The notes: generated by a model from the sequence alone, not told the origin. A DNA stretch of 64,000 nt from Octopus sinensis (GCF_006345805.1 NC_043000.1:80228001-80292000), one strand, 5' to 3'; shown: positions 13,102-24,600, numbered from the stretch's first letter. Translations and numbers: made by a program.

Positions 13102-13153
13102 TTGCTAACAGTTTCATATGTTGAGAAAACTCAAACATATTCTTCAGGAGCAA
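13102..13153 (-). ncRNA. Hammerhead-like motif (CUGAAGA core, 10-bp stem II)
   Basis: TTGCT c CTGAAGA ATATGTTtGAG tttt CTCAACATAT GAAAC t GT T AGCAA. Confidence 0.5.
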
Positions 13154-13309
13154 ACCATGTATCATAGTAAGCTAAAAAAATTGATTAATAGAAGTAACAT
13201 GAAAAAATTGAGAAGGCAGCATATAGAAAACATACAAAGTAAATAACAGAAAACGGAAAACAAAAACATAAAAATTAAAATGTAGAAAATAGAAAGTAAA
13301 AAGTAAAAA

Positions 13310-13450
13310 CCGATGTATGACTAAATCTATCATATATGAGGCAGAAGTTACTGCAATCCTAAATAATAACACAACTGATAAGAAGATTCATATTGGATTA
13401 TGTGCAGGTAAATTTAAAAATCACTATGCCAATCACAGCCTTCTTCTGAC
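13310..13450 (+). pseudogene. GIY-YIG endonuclease fragment of a PLE
   Basis: Translates SIIYEAEVTAILNNNTTDKKIHIGLCAGKFKNHYANHS. Confidence 0.45.
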
Positions 13451-13557
13451 ATAGGGATAAAAGTAAAGCTAACATTATTTACATTATTTACATTTGACAG
13501 GTATTTGTCCTCAGCTTGTTTCAGCTGATATACCCTCCAGCTTTCATCAGAGCATAT

Positions 13558-13620
13558 GGCAGTGTGGTTAAGAGCATGGGCTACTAATCCCCAAGATTCC
13601 GAGTTCGATTCCAGGCAGTT
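13558..13620 (+). mobile_element. tRNA-derived SINE head (A and B boxes)
   Basis: GGCAGTGTGGTTAAGAGC..GAGTTCGATTCC; no complete acceptor stem. Confidence 0.55.
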
Positions 13621-13679
13621 ACCTGAATATATATGCAATATATATATATATAAACATATATCATATATACATAAGCACA

Positions 13680-13835
13680 GGCATGGTTGTGTGGTGAGAA
13701 GCTTGCTTTCAAAACCACATGTTTCCAAGTTCAATCCTACTGCATGGCACCTTGAGCAAGTGTCTTCCACTATAGCCTCAGGTTGCCCAAATCCTTGTGA
13801 GTGGATTTGATAGACAGAAACTGAAAAGGAGCTCA
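13680..13835 (+). mobile_element. tRNA-derived SINE, 3'-truncated
   Basis: GTGGTGAGAAGCTTGC..CACCTTGAGCAAGTGTCTTCCACTATAGCC. Confidence 0.65.
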
Positions 13836-15020
13836 TTCTGCTTTTAAGTTACCACTAAACCTGGACACAAGTGACAGTCCAATTTGTAACATAAACAAAG
13901 GTTCAAGTTCAGCAGAAGTGTTGTGCCAATGCCACCTTATCATTTGGGATGAATGCATCATGTCACATAGAGGTGCAATGGAAGCTCTTGGTAAGATCTT
14001 ACAGGATATCAGAGGCAACAATAAATCTATGGGTGGAGTTAAATTAGTTTTATCAAGAGACTTCAGACAGACATTACCAGTTGTTCCAAGACGAACAAGA
14101 TCTGATGAAATATAAGCATGCATTACGTCCTCACACATATGGAATAAAGTACTGAAATTCTCCTCTAATACTAACATGCGAGCTTCATTACATGGGGACC
14201 AATGTGCAAAACAGTTTCCAACATGGCTTCTCCAATTAGGAAATAGGTAAGTACCATTTGATAGGAATGGTGATATCAGTTTGGCTCATATTGCTATCAT
14301 AGTGAATTCCCCAGCTGAATTGAAGAACAGGGTATTGCCAGACTTAAATAATAATTATAATTCATATAAATGGTTGTGTGAAAGGGCAATTCTTACTCCA
14401 AAAAATGAGACAGTAGCAAGGATTAACCATGATTCCAACAGTCATTAAGAAGTACAAATCAGCTGATTCAGTCCTTGATGAAAATAAAGCTGTCCATTAC
14501 CCAACAGAGCTCCATAATTCTCTTGAGCCACCTGGAATTCCTCTGCATAAACATTTTCTGAAGGTAGGAGTCTCAATAATGCTTCTAAGAAATTTAGATC
14601 CTCCTAAATTATGCTATGGGACAAGGTTGATTGTGAATACATTATCACCTAACAAGACAGAAGCTTCCATCATCACTGGATGTGCCTCTGGGGAAGAGGT
14701 TTTCATTTGAAGAATTTCCAATCAAATGAACAGACATACCATTTGAGTTCAAATGAACACAATTCCCAATGCAACTTTGCTTTGCAATGTCTATTAATAA
14801 AGCTCAAGGTCAGTCTTTGAAATCTACTGGCTTGCTTTTCTCATGGTCACCTTTATGTTGGTTGCTCCAGGGTAGGCAGTTTGCAAGACTTATTTGTCTA
14901 TACTCCAAACCAGAAAACATAGAATGTTGTTTACACAGAAGCTCTTACATAATTTACTTCAACACATGTGATAGAATTTATCCCCTTTCATAAAAGTGGT
15001 AAATTTTGTATTTACGCTTA
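13836..15020 (+). mobile_element. Helitron PIF1 helicase remnant
   Basis: LIIWDECIMSH, GGVKLVLSRDFRQTLPVVP, LKVGVSIMLLRNLDPPKLCYGTRL, FAMSINKAQGQSL; many stops. Confidence 0.85.
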
Positions 15021-15064
15021 TTATCCTTATTATTGTAATTATTATTATTATTATTATTATTATT

Positions 15065-18000
15065 ATGTTTTTTCCTTCTTTCTTCAAATTTTCTTCCGTT
15101 TCTTGCTGAGTGTTTTCCATACACCTAGGGCAGAGAAGGGCATTGTATGCATTCCCAGATTACACGCGCAAATTCACAGACAAAATATATTTAAAAATTA
15201 ATACATAAATAAATTCATGGATGGATGTTATTTTCACAGCGATAGCGTTCTTTTCAGTAGATGAGCCGTTCCAGTTAATACGATTTTTTGCACTTCCTGT
15301 AGGGATGGTAAGCCTGGAATCATTTTCAAATAGGTTTCAGTACCTTTTTTTATCATTCCTAGAGCTCCTACAATCACTAGTACTGTAGTCGCCTTGAGAT
15401 GCCACATTTTTTCAATTTCCATTAGCAGGTCTTTATATTTACTAATCTTGTCAAATTCTTTCGCCGCTATATTGTGATCACAGGGAATACTCATGTCAAT
15501 TAATAAACACATCCTTTTTGTCTGATCTTTTATAATGATAACTGGTTTATTGGCTTTTATAGTCCTGTCGGTCTGCACGGGGAAGTCCCATAGAATCGAC
15601 ACATTTTCTCCCTCAGTTACAGCTTCAGGATGATGTTTATACCTTTTGTCAGTGGTTTTGATTTTATAATGCCGATATATTGTCCAGAGTAAATACTGGC
15701 CGACTCTGTCATGTCTTGCTTTATATTCTGCAGGTGCTAAGACTCTACACCCTGAGAGTAGGTGGTCTATTGTTTCAATCTCATCATTACAGAATCGGCA
15801 TTTTGGGTCAGCTCCAGTTTTCATCACATTGGCTTGGTAGTTCCGGGTAAATAAGCTTTGGTCTTGAGCAGCTAATATGAAACCTTCACTCTCTGCTTTT
15901 AGCCCTGAACTTCGTAACCATTGGTGCGTGTGTTTCTGGTCGACATCAGCTTGTTTGCTACGGGCCACATACTTGCCATGGAGAGGTTTCTGTTCCCATC
16001 TGCTAGCTAAATTTTCATGTGCTTTTGTCTTTGCAATTCATTTTATTTTCTTTACAGCTGCAGTTGGCGCATTTCCTTCAGCCTGCTCAATCTGGTGGGT
16101 ATATAAGAGATCAACAGCGAATTTTTTGCTCTCTTTGAGAATAGAGTGAAGTTTTTTAGGTCTTTCATGTTTTTCAACAAGTTTTAGCATCCAATCGTTG
16201 GTTGCTTCAAGGTATTTGGCCAGTCCGATTGTGGTGGTTTTGTATGTAAGTTCAAGCTGGATCAAACCTCGACCACCCTGACCTCTGGGAAGGCAAAGGC
16301 AATCCACGTCTGCCTTTGGATGGTGCATCTTATTACAAGTCAGTAGCTTGCGGATTTTCCTGTCAATTTTCATTATTTCACTAGTATTCCAGTTGAGCAC
16401 ATTGAAGCTATAGAGAACAACTGGTACTGCTAAGGAATTTATGGCTAACACCTTATTATATGCATTCAGCTCAGACTTCAGGACTGCTCGGACTCTTCTA
16501 TAACATTCTTTCCTAACCTTCTCTTTCATGCTTGCATGCTGGATACCAGAGCCTTCATTTATTCCTAGGTATTTATAGGTTTGTTCCTGCTCAAGTTCCT
16601 TTATTACTATTTTGACATCTAATTCAATTGAACTAGACTTTACCAATTTCCCTTTCTTAAAAGTGGCTTTGGCACACTTTTCAAGGCCAAACTTCATCCC
16701 GATATCATCACTGAATTCTTTCACTGTATGTAATAATCCTTCAAGCTCTTCATCATCTTTGCCATATAGCTTTAAGTCATCCATATAAAATAGATGGCTT
16801 ATTTTCTTGTTGTCAATTTTGTAGCCATATCCCGTTCTATTCAGTTCACTTGAGAATGGTATTAGTGCTATGCAGAATATTAGTGGTGAAAATGAGTCGC
16901 CTTGGAAAATTCCACAGTTTATGCTAATGTTGTTTGAGTGCAATACTCCATTAGAATGATATAATTGGAGCTTCGTGTTCCATAGGGACATATTATACTT
17001 TAAAAAATCTGAAATCACAGGAGAAATTTTGAAAATGTCCAGCGATTTCAGAATCCACGAATGTGGTATGCTGTCAAAAGCTTTTTTATAATCAATCCAC
17101 GAAGAGCTGAGATTTCTGTGTTTGTTATGACAGTTCTCAAGGATCATGCGATTAATTAGGAGCTGATCTTTGCATCCGTATGAGCTTCGTCTGCATCCTT
17201 TTTCTTCAGTGGGAAAGAGGTTATTCTCTTCCATTAACGTATGTTTTCTCTACTAGAATAGATGTCAAGATCTTATAGGTAGTAGATAAACATGTTATAG
17301 GCCGATAGTTTTTGGGTCTTTTGTTTTGTTATTTTTGGGGAGGAGGTAAGTAATACCATTTGCCATCCAATGTGGTGTTTTTTGGATCTTTCATAATACT
17401 ATTAAATAGTATTACTAACATTTTGTGTGCGGATGAGAGTGATGAGAGCCAGAAATTTGGTACTCTATCAATACCAGGGGATTTCCACTTATGAGCCTTC
17501 GTTAGTGCCCTCCTTAGGTTGGCGATTGAGATGTCTTCCCATACCTGTTCTTGTAGATTTTTGTAGTCATCTTGGGTGCGCTTGATCCACTCTGCATTTT
17601 CATTGTATGGTTTCTCATCACTCCAGATCCCCTTCCAGAAGTTTTCAACTTCTTCCATTAGGGGTGGATTTTCAATGGTTATTTTTTCTTTCCCTATTTC
17701 CCTGGCATTGGATTTGAACGTCTTATTTTGTTTGTAGAATTTGATTCTTTTCTCAAATCTGTGTATTCTCTGAGCTTTTGCTTGAACTTTTTGTTTAAGT
17801 GTTTCTTTCGTTGACATTAGTTCTTCTCTTGTTGAATGTCCATATTTTCTCATAATCTTCCTGCCTTTTCTTGATCTTACATCATTTCCAGAGATTAGCT
17901 CAATTAATATTGATATCTCCCTTCACAATGATTCAATTTCAGTTTCAATTCTACTCCTCCAGTTTGATTTTCTATTCGAATTTGGTATTGTTGGCTTTTT

Positions 18001-18900
18001 GGGTGTTAAACAGTGTCTTTCAATTACCTTAGCAACAGAGTAAATAATTTCATTTAATTTATTAAGATCGGGTTTTAGTTGTTGTATGATTTCCTGTGTA
18101 ACGCAGTTGCCAATTTTTATTTGTGTTTTATGTTGGTGTGTATTTGAGAGTTTATGGAGTGGTTCCCTATCATTCATAGTTGTATGCCCTACAACTGCAA
18201 GTTCATTCAGAACTTCTTGCTTCATTTCAATGATAGATTTTCTGTGTTGTTCAACAAACATGTGATTTCCAAATTCTGTTTCAACATCATTTACCGGTCT
18301 GTTTTTTCTGGGGTCATATTTTCCTTCTTCTTCAGGATCTTGAGTCGATTCGGCAGATGGTTGCCTTTCAGTCAATGCCTGTGGCCTAATGTTCCTCTCC
18401 TCAGCTTCGTTATTTTTTTCCTGACTTACATTTAGGTCATTCTCTACCACTTTTTTAATAGACATTAATTCTGCATCTGTGAGTCTGGTATTTCTGAAGA
18501 TATCTCTTCTAACATTTGCTAATCTGTTTCCATCCAGGTTTGGTCTGCTAGCTGGATTCCAGCTCCTCCAAATTCTGTAGGAGTTTGCGGTGTGTTTTTC
18601 TTGGGTTGGCCTACTTAATGCAAAGTAATAAGCATATATTACTTCTTTATATTCTTCCCGGTTCCATTTAGTTCTTTTACTTTTTTGATTTTCTGGTCGT
18701 TGTGGTGGTGAACTTTGGGGGCTTACTTTGGGACAAATCCCGTTTAAGTGACCTTCCAGGTTCGTATTCAGGGAAGATATTCTGCCATTTGAAAATTTTT
18801 CACCATCAGGCTGGCAGCCTCCTGAGGGGCGTGCTTCCTTTATAACCATTGGACAAGCGATTCGGTGTACTGTTAGAAATTTTCTTTTCAAGTAAAGTTA
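15065..18900 (-). mobile_element. Near-full-length RLE-type non-LTR retrotransposon (R4/Dong-like), frameshifted
   Basis: N-term KRTKWNREEYKEVIYAYY; RT (IFQGDSFSP, LFYMDDLK, YKYLG); CCHC (CRFC..ETIDHLLSGC); RLE (RHDRVG..WDFPVQTD..KP..DMSIP); (TAA)n on both flanks. Confidence 0.88.
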
Positions 18901-19056
18901 AATTATTATTAAGTTTTCATTTTTTAAAAAAATTTTAAATAAATAAATAAATAAAATAAAAAAAGATAAAAATAAAATAAGATAAATTTAAAAAAATTAA
19001 ATAAAAGATTTTAAAAATATTAAATAAAAAAGATTAAATAAAATCTTTTATTTAAA

Positions 19057-19104
<48 letters not shown>

Positions 19105-19119
19105 CTTTACTATTATTAT

Positions 19120-19290
19120 TATTTTGTATTATGAGTTCAGCATTGATTTCCCAATTAAAGAATAAATTGTATCCCGATTGAAGAATAAATTGAATTCAGA
19201 ATTACAAATTTCTATACAACATATTTTGCATTTTTCTTCGAATATGTAAGGAAAAATTTCATTCCCAGGCAATGCCGGGTGCCTCTGCTA

Positions 19291-19291
<1 letters not shown>
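19120..19291 (+). mobile_element. Helitron 3' end (hairpin + CTAG), probably the continuation of 13836-15020
   Basis: AGGCAATGCCGGGTGCCT hairpin then CTGCTAG|T. Confidence 0.6.
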
Positions 19292-19332
<41 letters not shown>

Positions 19333-19349
19333 ATATGTTACATTACTCA

Positions 19350-19720
19350 ATAGTCAGATGCCGAAGTGGAAATCCACAACACCATCTCTTCGGTTATCAG
19401 GCCATATATATATGTTTATATGTAATATAATATGTGACAATTCTTCGGTTGCCATAATAAAACTCTTAGTTTCGGATGTCGGGGCAAAATCTGCTCCAGC
19501 ATCTCGTCAGTTATTAAGACAATCAAAAATGCTGGTCATTTTCATAGCATTTTTTGATTATCTTAATAACTGATGAGATGCTGGAGCAGATTTTCACCCC
19601 GACATCCAAAACTCAGAGTTTTATTATGGCAACTGAATAATTGTCACATATTATATTACAGATAAATTCTTCTATTTACATAATATCGAGGTCTCATTCA
19701 TTCTTTTGTTGTCATACCAT
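19350..19720. repeat. Palindromic PLE-associated non-coding repeat with hammerhead-like motifs (family D)
   Basis: ~110-bp inverted arms 19420-19533 and 19547-19660; related copies at 43620-43710 and 59830-60035. Confidence 0.75.
19455..19516 (-). ncRNA. Hammerhead-like motif family D
   Basis: TAATAA CTGACGA GATG..CATC c GAAAC TAAGAG T T TTATTA; the plus-strand mirror at 19564-19626 has G12>A. Confidence 0.55.
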
Positions 19721-22589
19721 TACTATTAATATATATATATGTGTATGCATGTATGTATATATTTATATCTTTGTATATATATATATATATACATATAAAC
19801 ATGTATATATATGCATATATGTGTATTAATATATGTATGTATATATATGTGCATATATATATATGCATTTATGTATGTACATTTATGTGTGTATATGCAT
19901 GTATACATATATCTGTATATATCTGTTAACCGGTTAAACAACCATGCACAACAAACCCACACCACTTGCAATGATTACCAACGAAGGCCTCCTAGAACAC
20001 CACACCCGAATATGGGATATCGGGATGCTCTCCTCAATACTGCTCCAAGAACACACACCATAAATCACAACAGGAGACCCCTAATCAACAAAGAACAACT
20101 ATATACTAGCTACCGTCCCAACCACCGCATTCATTTTTTAGACCCAATACGCAAACACAGAGACACAAGATAGCACCAAACAAGCAGGAGGAACCAAAAG
20201 TAATAAAAATTATTAATCTAACTCACAAGGAACTAACAGCAAACCAAATAAACATACTTTCCAAAGGACTCAAGTTTACACCCACCCCACAACACCCCAA
20301 CTACAATGAAATGAAAGAAGACATCGCAGAATTCTGCAGAAAATTAAGACTTACTGAGGAGCTATACGATAAATACAACGAGGACGAATCGTTAGCCAGA
20401 AATAGGAGTAACTACACCCCCTCGAAAGGTAAGAATAAAACACTTGATGATTTCTGTGACCACATATCAAATTACCCATATCAACATATGCACAAACAAA
20501 AACACAAACCAAACTTCAGCAAAAAAGAATGGGCTGAGTTGAACAAATTAAAACTAGATAAAACAATAACAATCAAAGAGGCCGATAAAGGGAGTGCTGT
20601 GTCTTAATGGATACGACATTTTACATAACTTTGGTACTTTCTATGCTGGAAGACACAACATACTATGAAAAGGCACAAAACTACAGTCAACAAAAAATAA
20701 TGAGGGAACTAAAATCCATATTAAACCCATACAAAGCAGGGCTCACCGACAAAGAATATGATTATATGACCAATTTCACAAGTAAAACTAGCCAATTCTA
20801 CGGTATACCTAAGATCCACAAAAGTGAAAAAATAAGCAACGCATGCAAGATAGCTACAGACAAAATAATTAAAGTCCCTAATCCTAATGACCTCAAATTG
20901 AGACCCATAATAGCAGGTCCCGCATGCGAAACCCACCGCCTCAGTAACTTTTTAGACACCCTGTTAAAACCACTCCTCAAACATGTCAAAAGCTATATAA
21001 GGGACGACTTAGATATGCTTAATCACCTACCGAATACTATAAACAAAAACACCATACTGATATCCTTCGATGTAGTCAACCTCTACTCCAATATCCCCCA
21101 CAACCTAGGACTAGAGGCAATCCAATTCTGGCTAGAGAATCACGCCAACGAACTACCACACCGCATCAAAAAAGAATTTGTGATAGAAGGGGTTAAATTC
21201 ATCCTGGAAAATAACTTCTTCGCCTTCAATGACAACTTCTACCGACAAAAATCGGGGACTGCGATGGGTACACGAATGGCCCCCTCCTTTGCCAACCTAG
21301 TCATAGGATACCTAGAGATCAGTCTGTATCGTAAGGTTCTAGAAAGATATGGCAGCCCTTTCTCCATCTACATAGAAAACAACTGGAAGAGATATCTAGA
21401 TGACTGTTTCATCCTTTGGCATAAAAATATAGAAAAACTCATAGAATTCCAGAAAATTTTAAACGGACTGGACGTAAACATCCAATTCACGATGGAATAT
21501 AGCCACAACAACTCCCCTTCCTCGATATCCTCATTAAGAAGCTAATAATATAATAGAAACAGACATATACTATAAGCCTACAGACTCTAAGCAATATCTT
21601 CCATTCAATTCATGCCACCCCAGACACACCAGGATGAATATCCCCTTCAATCTAGCAAAAAGGATATGCACTATAGTCTCTAACGCAAACACCAGAGACA
21701 CACGACTACAAGAACTAAAAGATACCCTAATCACCAGGAACTATCCACCTTCACTTATTGACAAGTGCATTCAACGTGCCCTTCAACTTAACATCAAGGA
21801 ACTGAGACATCCCAAATCAAAGAAAAACTTACAACCAAAAGCCTTACCATACATCTCCACACACAACCCTCTCAATAACGAAGCCTTCGACACCATCCTC
21901 CACAACATACCCCTCCTAAAAAAAGACCACAGAATGAACACAATCCTCCAAACACACACGATCATAAAAAGCAAAAGACAGCCTAGATCCATGAAAAGTC
22001 TCCTTACACAAGCCCGAATTCACTCTTCAACACAGAAGCCGACAGTAAAAAAATGTGGAAGACCCAATTGCGGGATATGCGACTATCTAATCGAGGGTTC
22101 TGAGTTCTCCTTCAAACAGGGACAACGGTTTACAGTGAAAAGCAACTTCACATGTGCTTCGGAGAACCTAATATACTCACTAACCTGCTCCGGGTGTCAA
22201 GAGCAGTACATAGGCCAAACAAAAAATGGTTTGCGTAAACGAATGGCCCTGCACAGATCCCAGATAAAAATTCCCCAAAACAGAAAAATAGCTTTTAGCC
22301 AACACATAGATACTTGCGCCAACAAAAAAACACCAAACTTCAGAATTTTCCCCCTCTACCAATTTAGGGACGATACAACCTCGAGACAAAGAATAAGTAA
22401 ACAAAATCTCTTTATTACAAAATACAAGCCACTTCTTAACGGGTCTACGACAAACAATTAATATACCTCAACTTTAGAATAAAAGAAAAAAATATATATA
22501 CACACACAAATACTACACTCCATAGAATCCATTACTAATCAGCCCCTTCATAGCTATATTTACACCCATTCATATTCTCCCTTCTCTGT

Positions 22590-22815
22590 TTTTTTCTTCT
22601 TCTTCTTCTTCATCATCATCGTTATCATCATCATCATCGGCGTCATCATCATCGCCACCATCATCACCACCATCTTCTCCTTCTCCTCCTTCTTCTTCTT
22701 CATCATCATCGTTATCATCATCATCGTCGTCATAATCATCACCACCATCACCATCATCTTCTCCTTCTCCTTCTCCTTCTTCTTCTTCTTCTTCTTCTTC
22801 TTCTTCTTCTTCTCC
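22590..22815. repeat. Compound (CTT)/(CAT) trinucleotide repeat in PLE 3' UTR
   Basis: Directly visible, with an internal duplication. Confidence 0.85.
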
Positions 22816-23162
22816 ACCCCTACCCCTTAAGTTTGTCACTAATGTTTTTTAGTATAACACCTACGCTAATTCTATAAACAAGCCTGTCAATATAAATATT
22901 CTCCTGAATTGAACTGAGACTGCCAGCCGCCACTGACCATTCAAAATACGACCATCAGGGCACTCCCAGATTCTCCCATCCCCCTTTCCTCACCAGCCTT
23001 CCCTCTACTACCCTACCAAGAACTCACAACTACCTCAAACACACAAGTGCAAACAAGGGAGTCAGAGAAAGGCAGAATGCCACTTAAATCTGAACACTAC
23101 TATAGAAATATTCTTTTAAGAAAACTTTTCTTCTAATTTTTCTAAATTTAATTATTTAATCG

Positions 23163-23206
23163 TTACAGTTGAAAAGGTCTCAAAATGACCGAAACCAGTA
23201 CTGAAA
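23163..23206 (+). ncRNA. Minimal type-I hammerhead motif (U3-A8) in PLE 3' UTR
   Basis: TTACAG TTGAAAA GGTC tcaaaat GACC GAAAC CA GTA CTGAAA. Confidence 0.75.
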
Positions 23207-23476
23207 TGTTCACTATAAAATTATTTTAGCATTTTCTATTTTTTACTTGTTTTTTCATATATATCAACTCGTGTGTTCCTTTTCACCCTTATACATATAT
23301 ATATATATATATAGTTATCGCCATACTAATATGGCATTCTTATAAAAATAAGAAAAAAGCTGTCCGCTTATTAGCTCCATGAGGCCATCGCCTTAAGTTA
23401 GCTATTTGATACACAAACTGTATCCATATAACCTTCGAACAAGGGAGGTCAGTCGCTCCACACTACTTGACCGGCA

Positions 23477-23518
23477 GCTACAGACGCGTTTCGGGGTATT
23501 GCCCCTTTTCAATGCAGC
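23477..23518 (-). ncRNA. Hammerhead ribozyme motif, intact
   Basis: GCTGCA TTGAAAA GGGG caata CCCC GAAAC GC GTC TGTAGC. Confidence 0.85.
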
Positions 23519-23838
23519 GTAGCCAGCCAGTAGGTGTCGCTTCCGACAATCTCTGTTCGATGGTTTTATTTACCTAGTTTCGGTGGAATACATCCACTTG
23601 TTTTCAATAATAGAAATATTAAAATAACTAAGTCTCTCTAAAAGAGAACAGCGGCAGTGTTCCCGGAAAATAATAGTTATCGCCATACTAATATGGCATT
23701 CTTATAAAAATAAGAAAAAAGCTGTCCGCTTATTAGCTCCATGAGGCCATCGCCTTAAGTTAGCTATTTGATACACAAACTGTATCCATATAACCTTCGA
23801 ACAAGGGAGGTCAGTCGCTCCACACTACTTGACCGGCA

Positions 23839-23878
23839 GCTACAGATGCGTTTCGGGGTATTGCCCCTTTTCAATGCA
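23839..23878 (-). ncRNA. Hammerhead motif, stem III mutated (G16.2>A), stem I shortened by the inversion junction
   Basis: TGCA TTGAAAA GGGG caata CCCC GAAAC GC ATC TGTAGC. Confidence 0.7.
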
Positions 23879-24101
23879 TGGAGCTAATAAGCGGACAGCT
23901 TTTTTCTTATTTTTATAAGAATGCCATATTAGTATGGCGATAACTATTATTTTCCGGGAACGCTGCCGCTGTTCTCTTTTAGAGAGACTTAGTTATTTTA
24001 ATATTTCTATTATTGAAAACAAGTGGATGTATTCCACCGAAACTAGGTAAATAAAACCATCGAACAGAGATTGTCGGAAGCGACACCTACTGGCTGGCTA
24101 C

Positions 24102-24143
24102 GCTGCATTGAAAAGGGGCAATACCCCGAAACGCGTCTGTAGC
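24102..24143 (+). ncRNA. Hammerhead ribozyme motif, intact; predicted cleavage after C24137 (GUC)
   Basis: GCTGCA TTGAAAA GGGG caata CCCC GAAAC GC GTC TGTAGC. Confidence 0.85.
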
Positions 24144-24369
24144 TGCCGGTCAAGTAGTGTGGAGCGACTGACCTCCCTTGTTCGAAGGTTATATGGATAC
24201 AGTTTGTGTATCAAATAGCTAACTTAAGGCGATGGCCTCATGGAGCTAATAAGCGGACAGCTTTTTTCTTATTTTTATAAGAATGCCATATTAGTATGGC
24301 GATAACTATTATTTTCCGGGAACGCTGCCGCTGTTCTCTTTTAGAGAGACTTAGTTATTTTAATATTTC

Positions 24370-24411
<42 letters not shown>

Positions 24412-24600
24412 TGGCACGTAAAAAGCACCCACTACACTCACGGAGTGGTTGGTTTAGGAAGGGCATCCAGTCGTAGAAACATTGCCAGATCAGACTGGGC
24501 CTGGTGCAGCCTTCTGGCTTCCCAGACCCCAGTTGAACCATCCAACCCATGCTAGCATGGAAAGCGGACGCTAAGCGATGATGATGATGATGATGATGAT
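24412..24600 (+). mobile_element. RTE LINE 3' terminal fragment with (GAT)n tail
   Basis: Matches 31670-31848. Confidence 0.85.

Larger units (their letters stand above)
19920..23290 (+). mobile_element. Penelope-like element (Neptune-like), near full ORF with stops/frameshifts
   Basis: IINLTHKEL..LSKGLKFTPTP; RT (FYGIPKIHK, LRPIIAG, ISFDVVNLYSNIP, GTAMGTRMAP, RYLDDCF); KCGRPNCGIC; GIY-YIG (NLIYSLTCSGCQEQYIGQT); ORFs 20311..20607, 20607..21545, 21634..22461. Confidence 0.92.
23312..24375. mobile_element. Candidate non-LTR retrozyme: 362-bp hammerhead-containing monomer in tandem plus inverted arrangement
   Basis: Period 362 (TAGTTATCGCC at 23312 and 23674); orientation flips at ~23877; copies nearly identical; no ORF >=60 aa; flanked by (TA)n. 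Confidence 0.8.

Noticed and set aside
13558-13620. Possible tRNA gene
   Set aside because: A/B boxes present but no acceptor stem; SINE head
22560-22839. Poly-Glu/Asp and poly-Lys/Met ORFs
   Set aside because: Trinucleotide repeats in the PLE 3' UTR
24143-24270. A/B-box-like Pol III promoter in the 362-bp monomer
   Set aside because: Weak matches, and T5-T6 runs shortly downstream would terminate Pol III
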